Assembly (NCBI RefSeq): GCF_009914755.1
Contig: NC_060933.1
Length of the DNA stretch: 64,000 nt
Strand: one strand, 5' to 3'
Source of the DNA: the human T2T-CHM13v2.0 reference genome, Homo sapiens
The notes below the pieces were generated by a model. That model had not been told where the DNA came from. It worked only from the letters and a program-made list of their open reading frames with translations, and did not search any database. The first letter of the stretch is position 1; each line of letters opens with the position of its first letter. A program made the translations under genes and the position numbers. Below, piece after piece: positions 25,891 through 38,070 of this stretch.

Positions 25891-27411
25891 AGAAAGGGAT
25901 GATGGCACGAAGGAATCCTAGGTAGCTTTCATAGATGGAGACTCCCTGCACACCCCAAATGTTTCTAGCTCTAGAGATGTTCAACAAGATCAGGAAGCCT
26001 GCAAGCTTTTACAGATGCAGTAACATCGAGAAGGTGAGAACATGGTAATAGAGAGAGAAGAAAGCAGTAACACACATTTGGAGAGAAAGGTAACACAGTG
26101 GGTGAGAATAAAAAGTAAATTGAATTATTGTAAAAAGTGCACAGTTGAAAAGGTTGAAAGCCATTTCCAAAATGTCGGGGAGGAAGCCTAGAAGAGAGGT
26201 GGAGAATGAGAAAGATATTTTCATCAGCTTCTACTTAAAGCAGTCATTCCCATAGTGTCTCCACGGAGAAAAAGATGAGACACAGTCCAGAAGAAACAGC
26301 AGTTGGTTGGAATTTTCCCAGGACTCTCCACACATGCTTGTGTAAAAGTGCATGCCTTAAGTGCTGCTTAGTTTAGATCAGGGGTATGAAGTCCAAAGTG
26401 GCAGGGAGGGGCCCTTTCTAAATGCCCACCTCCTCATGAGCTATGACTCCCCAGCCACTAATCCCACACTTTTTCAAGAAATGCAACATAACTCATAGCC
26501 AGTCAGCTCTGGGATTTCAGCATGTGGCTTTGCATGCCCATAACCCTAGTATCTTGATGACAGTTGCCCTATCACTTCTGCTCCATAATTCTTATCTGGG
26601 CATGAGAAGTTTTTACATTGCATTTGAGGCTAAGACTTCAGCAGCAGTAAGTTAAATCCAAGAAATAAGCATGCAAGATTGTACGTGTGTTTCTATAAAG
26701 CTGTTGTGTCAAACAGACATCCATTAGGTGGTTGCCCCAGATGTGGCCACTGGTAGATTTCACACATTAGGGAGCTGCTTTTTGACCTATGTTTGTCAAA
26801 TCCATGGCTCTGGTGAGACATACATGGAGCCAAGACAGAGGCTCATGACTTCAAACCCCTACATCAAGAAGAGTTTTCCCTATGGGTGCTCTGTGGTCTG
26901 CATGCAGAAGCATGCATTCAACTTCATTGTTAACAAAGGTCCTTCCAAATGGGCGTCGGTCACTTTCTGCTTCCTGTATCTGATATCATCTGAAAACAGC
27001 AAGTCTGGGCAGAGGGTAACCACCAAATAGGTAAGAATTAGAGCATATTGTCTTTGCCTCCACCTCCACCTCCATAGTCTCACAGTATCAACTCCATGCA
27101 TTTTAGCAAAAAGAAAAGACATGAGTCAGGAATAAGGTGTGATTCAACTGACATTTGTGTTAGCTTAATGAATCTAACATTTCTTGGGCTCTTATAAGGC
27201 TGTTATAAAGCCATTAAAGCCCAAATTTCCTTTCCCACTTTTCAGAGCAAGGAGGCCAACTTAATGCCTTGTGAGCCAGAGAATATAGGCTAAGGTTTTC
27301 TCTTCTACATCTTTGGTCCTTCAATGGAGTGCCAGTAACGGCTCCCCAAGCCCATGTCCAGACAAACTTCCATCAGGACCCGAAAACCAGGGATGAAGCC
27401 AGGGTATTTAA

Positions 27412-27550
27412 CCCATTTATGCCAGAGGCTGCAGTTTTCTGAATTGCAGATGTGTGAAAAATCAGACCTTGGCAATGACCTTGAGCAGTAAGATACAAAT
27501 AACTCCCACATGCTTAGTGTTCCAATAATAGAACATTAAGCATAAATGAG
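27412..27550 (-). mobile_element. MER85 piggyBac MITE
   Basis: TTAA|CCCATTTATGCC left TIR; AATCAGACCTTGGCAATGACCTTGAGCAGTA; internal palindrome GTTCCAATAATAGAAC; altered right TIR followed by TTAA at 27556. Confidence 0.92.
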
Positions 27551-27599
27551 TGGGATTAAGATCTTTATGGATGGATGCATTACCACTCTCATGAGCTTC

Positions 27600-27868
27600 C
27601 TGTCCAGGAGGGCCTTTAGTACCTCAAGTCAACTTGGTATGAACTCTGAAGTCCTTCCCACCCCTACAAGCCACCCCTCAGGGTGAACTGAGATCAGCCA
27701 GTGGGGAACAGTGGTCAAAAGGAATTGTCCTGGGGGTTGGTTAGCAAGCAGGAGAGCAAAAGGTGAGAAGAAAACCATGTACAGGGTTTTGACACCTCTA
27801 GCTGAAGAAGGTGAGGCATAGAGGTGTCTTACCATTAGGGGATGTATCCGAGTCACAGCACCAAAGTA
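27600..27868 (-). mobile_element. ERV internal leader with a tRNA-His primer-binding site
   Basis: 27846-27863 ATCCGAGTCACAGCACCA matches the 3' 18 nt of tRNA-His (ATCCGAGTCACGGCACCA) with one mismatch, 5 nt from the LTR. The far boundary is approximate. Confidence 0.75.
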
Positions 27869-28614
27869 TGTTAGCAGTGGCGAATCTGTACAGGTCTGCC
27901 GAAAACTCGATTCTTGCCTCAGAAGAAACACTTTGGCCCAGGGACATAAGGCAGAGTGAGAGACTGAGGCAAGTTTTAGAGCAAGAGTGAAAGTTTATTA
28001 AAAGGTTTTAGAGCAAGGAGTGAGAGGAAGTATACTTGGAAGAGAGCCAAGCAGGCGACTTGGGAGGTCCAAGTGCTGTATCTGACCCTTGGCTTGGAGT
28101 TTTAGATATTGGCATGGTTCTGGGGTTTGCATCTCTTCTCCCTTAATTTTTCCTTGGGCTGGGCTGTTTGCATGCACAGTGGCCTGCCAGCACTTGGGAG
28201 GGGCGACAAGTGCAGTGTGTTCACTGAAGTTGTGCACATGCTCATTTGAGGTGTTTTTCTTTGCAGTCGGGTGTTCCCAGAGGAAGGTCACATACCAGTT
28301 AAACACCACCATCTTGCCTCTTAGTGTGCATGCTTGAGCCCGCTCCCTCACTCTTGAGATCTTATGGGGAAGCTGAGATCACCAGTTTCAGGTGTTTTCT
28401 ATCTATTGGGTAACTCCTTTTCCCTGGTGCTGGCTGCGAGCAATTATTATTTTAAAGAGTTTAACACCTGCCTGACCATCATCTGATGGTCACCTGACAT
28501 TCCTGGGCAGGGTGGTGGGTGTAGAATGGGGATGGTGGTGGAGAGTGGAGGGGGTGGTAAGGGATGACAGGGGGCCTCTCCTCCCCTGCTTATGTCTGCC
28601 TACCCACTCTAACA
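27869..28614 (-). mobile_element. ERV1-class 5' LTR (MER66/LTR9-like; subfamily uncertain)
   Basis: TG...CA ends, minus-strand AATAAA (TTTATT near 27995) and an adjacent PBS; 746 bp. Confidence 0.8.
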
Positions 28615-28799
28615 CTGACATTATGACAGGACTCCACTGCACCAGTACAATATACACAGCCGATGCCAATTATGACTGAACTTCACAGACAACAAGTCAA
28701 ATCTCACTTTGTGTGCCTCTTTTAAATTATTCCCTTTTTAGTAGAACATTGCCACTTTTACTCATCACTTTCCCCATTACCCCAAGGTTAAGTAGAGCC

Positions 28800-29080
28800 T
28801 GATGTTGAGCACATGGACCCTGGAACCAGACTAGCTGCATTCTAATTCTGATTCCTTTACTTATTTCCTGTGTGACCCTAGGCAGGCGAGTTACTTGACC
28901 TCTTTGTTCCTTCACCTATAAAGGGAGTATGATGAATAGTAGAGAAGACTATAGCCTGCTAACTTCCTCATTCCCAACATACAGAAGAAAAACAGGTTAG
29001 GGAGAATTGTTTTTAAAATTGAATTAATTTATATAAAGAAACCACTCCATACCTGGCACATAAGTATTCAAAATGTTACT
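28800..29080 (+). mobile_element. MIR
   Basis: CCTGGAACCAGAC..TGTGTGACCCTAGGCA..GTTACTTGACCTCT..CCTGGCACATAAG. Confidence 0.7.
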
Positions 29081-29085
29081 GAAAC

Positions 29086-29882
29086 TGTTAGCAGGAAATG
29101 AAGAAGTCCCCGGTATCTAACTTCGGAGAAAGATTTCGGCCAAGAGATGGTTCAAAGACAGTGGAGACCTTTATAATAGGAAATAGGGAGCAAAGAGCTT
29201 ATTATAGGGGGAAAAATAAGTACACTTCAAGGGAAGAGTGGGCTGATCCTGTGGGAAAACAGCTCTGAGGGTCTTGAACTGTGAGTTTTATTTATCATGT
29301 CAGATTCCTTCTTCAGGTTCCCACTTCTGTCTCATCTGCCTTTTTTCTTTGTTTAGTTTCTGTTTCTGCCTTAGATCCCCACCTTTGTCCTCACCTAGTT
29401 TCCTCCCAGGCTTGTGGGACCCTTCCTTACTGCTGAGTAATGCGCATATGTGCGCCAGGAATCAATACAAATCTTGCCTAATGGCGGCATTGCTCATTAC
29501 TGCCACTCCAGGAAGGCTGTATAGCAGTCAAATCTATATTTCTTGCAACTGTGTATCTCTTAGGAATTTCCTCTTTGTACTAATATATGCTTATGATGCT
29601 GGTGTATCTCTTAGGAATTTCCCTTTTTACCCTCTTTCCTTATCAGTATGTACCTTGTGACATCCTGACATTTTAACTGCAGAGTATTGGGGAACTTAAG
29701 AGGCATTCTAGGGCTTTCCTTTCTGCCTAGGCACCTCTTCTTCCTACTCACAGTTGACTAACTGCTCACCCACTCCAGCATTAGCGATGCTATTAATATG
29801 CAAATTTTGGGTGGTCCCTCAGGCTTGAGACTTCCCAGACTTTTCCCTTCTGCTCATATCTGGCTTTCTGCCTATTGTGACA
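29086..29882 (-). mobile_element. ERV1-class solo LTR (MER67-like; subfamily uncertain)
   Basis: TG...CA ends, flanks AAAC/TAAC (3/4 TSD), and a U3 start resembling the neighbouring LTR. Confidence 0.7.
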
Positions 29883-30547
29883 TAACCACTGGCTTTTTCA
29901 AAATCTGAACTTACCTTCCCATTTCTTTGGAGGGAGTTGTGGAAGGAGTGGGGGCAATGGAGTCACAGATTTATTTTACCACTTGCTAGATCATGACTTT
30001 GGTTAAGTTACTCCCACTAGTGGATTACTTTTCTTTCCATAAGACGTTCATATTAACAACGCTATGTGCCACACAGTAAATATTCAATACATATTTTTTT
30101 CTTTCTTCCTGTTTGATTCACAGACCTCTTAAGACAAAGAGATAATCCATATGAACTTCTTATTGAAAAAGGAATCTCTTTTCCATGTTTTCTAAGAAAA
30201 AAATGGGTAATGGTGAAAGCTTTTAGCTAAGAAAAAGTATTGAATGAGGATAAAGGCCCCAAAGATCTGCTTTGCTCCTGATAGCAAGATAAATATGGAG
30301 GAGGGGTTGATGTGCAGTTAACTAAGGGTAACATAGTGAGCTCTGGAATTTTTCCTTTTGAGCCTAGAATTTAGAAGTATGCCACTTTATTCGGCTGTCT
30401 TCTTTGTAAAACGCTGTAGGGTACCAGGAGGAGATGGGACTAAACAAGAGATCAGAGACATAGTCCCTTTTTACAGAGTCAACAAACATCTAGTGTAGTA
30501 TACTGCCATAGAAACTCCCAATAAGATGAAGATATATAGTGTCCAAG

Positions 30548-30796
30548 TGATACGGTTTTGCTGTGTCCCCACCCAAATCTCATCTTCAACTGTAGTCCCC
30601 ATAATCCCCACGTGTTATGGGAAGGGCCTGGAGGGAAGTAGTTGAATCACTGGGGGTAGTTACCTTCTGCCATGATTATAAGTTTCCTGAGGCCTCTCCA
30701 GCCATGCTGAATGGTGAGTCAATTAAACCTTTTTCCTTTATAAATTACCCAGTCTCAGGAATGTCTTTATTAGCACTGTGAGAACAGACTAATACA
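30548..30796 (+). mobile_element. THE1C-like solo LTR with an internal deletion
   Basis: TGATACGGTTTTGCTGTGTCCCCACCC...GAGAACAGACTAATACA; perfect TSD CCAAG; only 249 bp. Confidence 0.92.
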
Positions 30797-32239
30797 CCAA
30801 GATAAGAAGGAAAAGGGAGAAATATATGACCATATACAGAGAACTCATGAAGTCTAATCAGAGGCCACATGAGCCTATTCATTTTATCAGGGTATAAAAT
30901 GCATAAAAAAGACTATGCCTATTTAACTCCAGGGAAAGAATCAACAAAGACTTAATTAGAAGACATATTCCCCAAAGCAAGGAATAGTTAGACAATTATA
31001 ATACTTGTTTACTTATGTGATAAGTTATATATGAAGCCAAGTACCATAGCATTCAGCATAATTTCATAAAATTCAAACTGTATTGCTAATTAAAAAGATG
31101 AACAACCATAAGCATAAATGACCAATTAATTTATAGGGTCTCTTTTTTGCTGGAGGATAACTCAAAATCCAGAAACCTAATTATTGGTAGCAAACATTGC
31201 AACAGAGACATAAGCAAAGTTCTGGGACATTGATAAAGGATGTTTAGGGTAGACCTGTAGCCTGAAGCTCCTTCCTCCCTCATTAAGTTGAGAGCTCGCT
31301 CCTCCGAATGTCACTTTGCAGTATCTGTGCTAGAGGGTGTGTCTATGAATAAATAACATAATTAATAACTTCTAAGAAGACAGGGAGTTATTAATTTTGC
31401 TCCTAACAATATGAGACTTCTCTGGGTCAATGTTTATTGTTCTTGATATCCCTTTGGTTTGGCTTTACTAAGCTACATACTAAAAGTGCAGAAACCAAAT
31501 CTTTTCTAAATTCTGTTCCCTTAACATAAAATGCCTAGAAATGCACAGCCCCCTTTGGGCATTTTGCAAATGATTATCGGAGCCAGAGGGATTAAATTAC
31601 ACATAAGCATTCTGCTTATCTTATAGGAAATTATACTGATCTCATAACAGCTCTTAGCCCAAGGTATAACTTAAATTTTCTAGCATGGTGTGGACTCCAG
31701 AAACTGGCAATCCAAAGGATTAGGTGTAAATGAGACCAACGTAACATCTGGGAGTGGTGGCCATCTGGTTCAAAGAAAGTGAGACCAGTTAACTGGGCTG
31801 TGGAAAGTTGATTGGCTCCAGACTCTCTGTTCTTACTGTGCATCTCTGAGCTATTGGAATGCTAAGGCAACTTCCACAAAGCAAGCAAGCAAACAGCCAC
31901 ATGGAGTCCTGTAAGATGCTTGACAGCTTTTGACCATTAAGCCAAAAGGGCAGTGTATATAACCCAATGTCCCAGTTGTCTCATGGCCCATCAGCCATTG
32001 GTTGCTAAATCTCAAGTTCTATAATGGAAGAATAGGGAAGTTCATCAGTGATCCTGCAGACAAGGATAAATTCATCAAGGTAAGGCTATAAGATGAGAAT
32101 GGTTGAAAACTTTGTGGTCATGAGAAAACCATATCTACCCCTGCCAAGATATCTTGACCCTCATTCTAAAAGCTACTTTGTTCTTTTACTCTGAGAAGTT
32201 TTATACTCCATCAGACTAAACACTTCTCCTTTTTTTGTT

Positions 32240-32900
32240 TATCATGGATATTATACTTCCCCCTGTTCTATTCTGAAATGGAAGTATGTTAGGTAATATA
32301 ACGCCACCTACATTCATAGAAATCAGGGCAATACCCTAAATGTAAAATAAAAGAATAATATAAAGAAATTAATAAATTATTATTTATTTGAACATGCACA
32401 TTTTGGGGTGTAAATAAACTCTATGACATAATTGTAACTATGCAAAGAACACTGATCTACAAGTGCAGATTGATACCCTCAGGTATCACAAGTGGAACTG
32501 CTATTGGTGATGCAACTTTTCTGAAATGATGAGCCATTCTTGGTAAATAACAACATAAAGATAATCTTCCCTTGATTTGAAGGTAGCTGCATTCCTAGAA
32601 AATTGAGCATATATTAAAACTAAGAAAAAATACTTGATGTTTATATTTTAAATGGAGTTAGGTTCTAGGCCTGTTTAATTTTAAACAGATGTTTCATCTA
32701 TATGGATGCCTGGCAAGACATTCAGAAATTATGGAAGATGTGAAACAGTTCTTCTTTGGGAGGGATTATTCCATATATTATAAAAGAATTTGCATCTTTG
32801 ACCACATCCACTAAATACCAGCAGGAGATTCCACCCTACAATTCCACAATCGTTGTGACAACCAAAAATTCTCTCCCAAATTTCCAAAACAACCTAGAAT
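32240..32900. mobile_element. MER20B-like hAT-Charlie element
   Basis: TGCATTCCTAGAAAATT, AATGGAGTTAGGTTCTAGGC and TTGTGACAACCAAAAAT. Confidence 0.7.
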
Positions 32901-32904
32901 GTAG

Positions 32905-33320
32905 TTGCATTAGTTCAAGTGCTCAGAAAGCAAATGCTATGATGGGATTAGACATGTAAGAGATTTAAATCATGAGGGAAAATTGAGAGGGAGCAGGAGG
33001 ATGCTGGGAATACTGTCTGACCTTGATGTAGGTCTGCCTCTTAAGAGGAAAGAGAAGGAAGGAAGGAAAGAAGCTCTTAGACTGTAGTGAAGGTCTATAA
33101 AAGTTTTCACAGAGTCAGCAGGAGACAAAGTTGCCTATCAGAAGAGTCTGAGTCCCACGTCTTTTAAGAGTGTGCCTGCCTTAGTTTTCCTGCCAAACTC
33201 AGTCATTGGGTGGAAACAGCCCACAGAGAGCATTATCTTGGCACAAATACAATGGTGGTTTTCAGAGGACAGACTCCTCCGGCAGGAGATCTGAGAGGTG
33301 CATTTTTATGGCCACCACCA
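32905..33320 (-). mobile_element. LTR16C-like LTR (ERVL)
   Basis: CTCAGTCATTGGGTGGAAACAGCCC...GCAGGAGATCTGAGAGGTGCAT..ATGGCCACCAC. Confidence 0.65.
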
Positions 33321-34397
33321 GTGTTCCTCTTTTCTACCTATATAACTTTACCGGAATTTCAGCTCAAATTCCAGGCCTCATCTAAAATTGCCCTAAACAG
33401 GCTTCACATTCATAGGTTTAATGTGTAGTTTCAACCAATTTTGAAAACCTAGGAGGTTCATGGTGGGTAATCATTGGAAATTTGACTGAGATTTGTTTTG
33501 AACTCCAAGAACTATGAGGCTGGCTTACATAAGTGAGGCATATGGCTAGTGACTGCCTTTAGCTGACTATTCATCCTCCATATCTCATGTTTCTTTGTGA
33601 ACACAGCAACTATAGTATAAAAGTTTTTTTTTTAGCATAATTTTTCCCATAAAGAAACATGTTGCTGGTTCTGGTAATGGAAGTAAAAAGCAACTGAAGA
33701 GTTACAAAAAGGTGATTGTTCCTAGCCAGAAATAGGGTATATTGCATATGATTTTCATCCTATGCAGAGAAAATCACTGGAGTCTGGCAGTGCCATTTAA
33801 ATTTTTGACTACATTTTATGAAAGTTTTATGTGATATATTTGGGAATTCAAGAAAGTCTTGGGACATAATTCTTAGGATATGAAGAGTCTTTTATACTGC
33901 TCAAGCTATATTGTATGCATCTTGTCTTTGCGCTGTAGATAGTGTGACTTCCCAAGAGTAGGAACTATTTTATTACTCCATAGCTCCTAGCATGGATCCT
34001 TTTCCAAATATACATTGCTCAATAACACCCCAAATTTTCAGATGCAAATGTAGGCCACACAATTAATGGGAAATAAATGGCAAAATGGCAAAATGAACTG
34101 TAGCAGCCAGGGTTGATACTGATTTCTGCTCCAGTTTCAACCTAAATGCCAATATGGAAGACACTCATTCCACCAAAAGTAAGTAGATTACAATCCTTCC
34201 CTCATCACTACAGTGATCTACTTACATCACTATAGCCACGCTTAGAGGCAATTGACAAGAGAGTGCTCAAAGAGGGAAAGAAAGTTTTCAGCTATGTGGT
34301 TGAAATGAGAAAGCACTTCCTGGATACAAATTCATTGTCACAAGGCATTTAGTAGATAGTGTTGGAGGAAAGTGACCACTTTTGAATAGAGTAGCTA

Positions 34398-35193
34398 GGA
34401 TATGGGAGGGGGCGGGACAGGGAAATACTGGCTAGATAAAGGCAGGTCCCTGGCTCTAGGGCTCTACCCTCGGGCCTGTGCCCACAGACCTAGGTGTGGA
34501 TAGGCACTCCTGCCTTTGTGCCCAAATGTTGCGTTTTCCAAAACCATTGGCCCACCACGTCCCATCCTGTGCCTATAAAAACCCCAAGACACTAGCAGGC
34601 AGTGACCACAAGCGGCCGGATGTCGAGAGGAGCACATCAGTGGAAGAACATACAACTGGCTGGACATTGAGAGGAGCATATTGGCTGGAGCATGCTGACA
34701 GGCACTGGCAGACTGGCAGGCCATCAACTGGTGGAACGATGCAGAGTTTGGCTGGGGCGGTCAGAGGAGAGCCCAGGCCACCAAGAGACCCGACTCCAGG
34801 GGAAAACCATCTCCCTTCTGGCTCCCCCATCTGCTGAGAGCTACTTCCACTCAAAAGCTTGCGCTCATTCTCCGAGGTCATGCGTGATCCGATTCTTCTG
34901 GTACACCACGGCATACGGAAAGCCCTCTATCCTTGTGATAAGGCATGGGTTTAATTGAGCTAATACAAGCCACCTATGGACGACTAACCTAAAAGAGCGC
35001 TCTGTAACACACGCCCACTGGGGCCTCAGGAACTATGAACATTCACCCCTGGGTACTGCTGTGGGGTCAGAGCCCCACAGCCTGCCCATCTGCATGTTTC
35101 CCCTTAGAGGTCTGAGCAGTGGGGCACTGAAGAAGTGAGCCACACCCCCATCATATGCCCTGTGCGAGAGATAAGGGAACCTTTCATGTTTCA
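34398..35193 (+). mobile_element. LTR1-family solo LTR (ERV1)
   Basis: GGGCCTGTGCCCACAGACCTAGGTG, GCCTATAAAAACCCC, end TTTCA; flanks GCTA/GCTT; ~796 bp. Confidence 0.85.
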
Positions 35194-36559
35194 GCTTGAT
35201 CTTCCTTTTTAAAGAGAACTTGGAATTTTTGGAAATGCAGATTGGGAATCTGGGACCTTTATATGGGTAAGTGACCATCACCATGCAGGCTACTGTGGGG
35301 CATGGCAGCATAATGAATACACAAAAAAGGAGAAACAGGATCAGGATACAAGAGAAGTCCAATAGGGCCATTCTCTGAACTGCACCCTTTGGGGAGTTCA
35401 CCTGGAGTTACAGGGATGAGAAACTGGAAATACACAGTCAGAATTCCGTTGCGCAATGCAGGTCGTAGGGCACAGTTGTGTTGAGGTCAATGTATGCTAT
35501 TTTCATTTCATATAAAAAGTTGAATACTACTTCAGTTAAAGTATCCCTCCAGGTATTGCTGTAGAAAGGGGCAAAGCTGGTACTCCCATCTGACCATTGT
35601 GGTCAAGATGTTGCTTCTCAGATTCGGCAGATCCAAGCAAGGTGGGTCCCTTTAGCTAATGCTAAAACTTTAAAACATTAATAAATTTCATTTCTTTCTG
35701 GGTGGGCTATTTGTTACACCAATTTCAAAAGAAGCAGAAAAATCATCTTTTTTCCAAAATGATTCAGTAGGTCAGTACTAAGTGGTCAGGTTTTCTCTGA
35801 ACTGTAATGTTTGCAATAAAAGGGGCTGTTTAAGTAAATTTTATAATTCTCACAGTACTTAATAATCTGCCCAATGCACCATTCAATTAAATACTTGATT
35901 ATAATAAATGATAAGAAAAATAAATGAATGATGCTTTTGGACACCATCATTGTAAAATTTTCAGGCACTCTGGATTTCAATTTGTTTGACTCTGGGGTCC
36001 TCTTAAGCATGTTTTTGGCTCTGAGTTTTCAGTCATCAGCTGACATAATGAGGACATCATTTCAAAACTGAAAGAAGGCAAGCCAAAGAGTCTCTTCATT
36101 TTATAACCACATAATCATATTAACTCAAGAGGAAAAACATGTTATTGAAGAAAAAAATTCCTAAAAAATATTTTTAGATGCTCTTAATTCCATGATTTTC
36201 TGAATTGTTTTAGTTATACTGTATTATGGTTATAGCCTCATTGTTTTCCTTTTGTAAAGGGGGCAGAGTGATGTTAGCTTCTCACATGGTTCTCTATTTG
36301 TCCATACCTTGTTTCATTGTAAAGTGTGGTAAAAACATTTTAAAGTCAGTAGTGGTCAAATGCAAAATACTGTGTACTTACTATTTCAGAGTTCAATAGG
36401 TACTGCTTAATGATCTAGTTTCCCCTTCCAAAGACGGTAGCAACCACAAATTTGAGGCAGCTTGCTCCTTTTAGCTTCTCTGGACAAAGATACCTATTTA
36501 CAAACTATGAAAGATCCCATTTCTGGTTATTTCTTCTTGTGTTTTGTTAGCTGTTTGCA

Positions 36560-36690
36560 GATCTCCCTTACTGTGATCAGTGTGAGCATCCCCAGGGCAG
36601 GGACTATGTCCTAGTCATTCATCTTTAGATCCCCTACGGCACATGACAGAGTGCCTGGCACAGTAAACGTCTTGAAGTCAATGAAACTGA
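36560..36690 (+). mobile_element. L2 3' end
   Basis: GTGAGCATCCCCAGGGCAGGGACT..ACAGAGTGCCTGGCACAGTA. Confidence 0.65.
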
Positions 36691-37089
36691 AGGAGGACAA
36701 CAAAGTCCTTGCCCTTTCAAAATAACTGACTGAAGGAAATGTCCAGTCTTCAGTATCTTTAAGAAGTTTAACCAGAATGGATGATATTTCTGGAACCCAG
36801 GCTTTCCTTTGGAGTTTGGAACACAGTCACTGGCTGGACTTCATGTTAGAGCAGCTTTTCACACACTGGATTTGGAGGATGTTCTGGGAAATGTATGGAA
36901 GGATAGGTAAATTACTGTGTTCTGATATCAGGGACCCATTTGTGTTTAGGCCAAAGTTGTGCTCAGCTTGCAGCTCTCTAGAGGAAACAGTAAACTTGGC
37001 GTAGTAGCAAGTGCCAGGGGTTTGGCCTCTGCCAGAAATACACACAAATGTTAGCACTTAGCTGTGTGACTGAAAAATAAAGATACAAT

Positions 37090-38070
37090 ATTATATCCAC
37101 TAGGAATTTTGATTTTGGGCATAGCAAAAGTCCACCTCAGACTGATGTAAAGCCAAAGGCATTTTATTGGCTCAAGTATCTTATAAGTCCAGGGGTAGTC
37201 CAGAGGTTCAAACCTTGAACTCAGGTCAGGTATAGTTTCCTTGAATCTTTTATTCTGCCTTCCTCTATGTAATGATTTCATCTTGAGTTGGCTTTCCTCA
37301 TGGCATAAAAATGGCTGCAGGAACTGCAAGCTTCATATCTGAATACTACCAAGTCCAGTGGAAGAGAGGAAACTCCTCTTTCCCAGAAGTCTGAATATAC
37401 ATTTCCTTGTGTCTCATGGACTCTGACTGGAATTCTTGCCATCCTGGAACCGGTCACTGTGCCAAAGGGAGTGTTGTGGACTGGATTCTGTCCCCTCCTG
37501 AGTTTACATGTTAAAGTACTAACCTCCAGTGACTGTATTTGGAGCTAAGACTTTTGAGGATGTAATTAAGTAAAATGAGTTCATAAGTGGGCCCTAATTC
37601 AGTACGACTGGTGTCCTTATAAGAAGGTCATATCCTTATAAGAAGGAGAGATTAGGACAAGCACAGAGGAAAGACTTTGGAGACAAAGAAGAGAAGATGG
37701 TCATCTGCAAGCCAAGGAGCAGGGACTCACCAGAAACCAGACCAGCCAATGCTTTGATCTTGGGTTTGTAGCCTCCAGAAATTTATTTTATGAGAAAATA
37801 AATATTCTCATAAATTTCTGTGGCTTGAGGCATCCAGTCTCTGGTATTTATTGTGGCAGCCATAGCAAAGTAATACAGGGAGACAGGACACGTTGATTAG
37901 TATGCACCAATCAGGATCTAATCATAGTAATGGGAGTGTGGCCAGCTTCTTTCTTTCAACTTCATGGTTAAGGATAAAGACAGACAAATTTCCCAAAGGA
38001 TATTCTAGTTTCTGTTTCTAGACAGAGGAGAAATAAATCCTGAGTAGCCAAATTGACATGCCCATTATGT
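37090..38070 (-). mobile_element. Old MLT1 (J/K-like) LTR split by a younger MLT1
   Basis: TTTATTGGCTCA, AAATGGCTGCAG and GAACCGGTCACTGTGCCAAAGGG; continues after 37882. Confidence 0.6.
37472..37877 (+). mobile_element. MLT1A/B-like solo LTR
   Basis: TGTTGTGGACTG...AGCAAAGTAATACA; perfect TSD GGGAG. Confidence 0.88.

Noticed and set aside
27846-27863. tRNA-His-like sequence as a tRNA gene
   Set aside because: It is only 18 nt, includes CCA and sits next to an LTR, so it is a primer-binding site.
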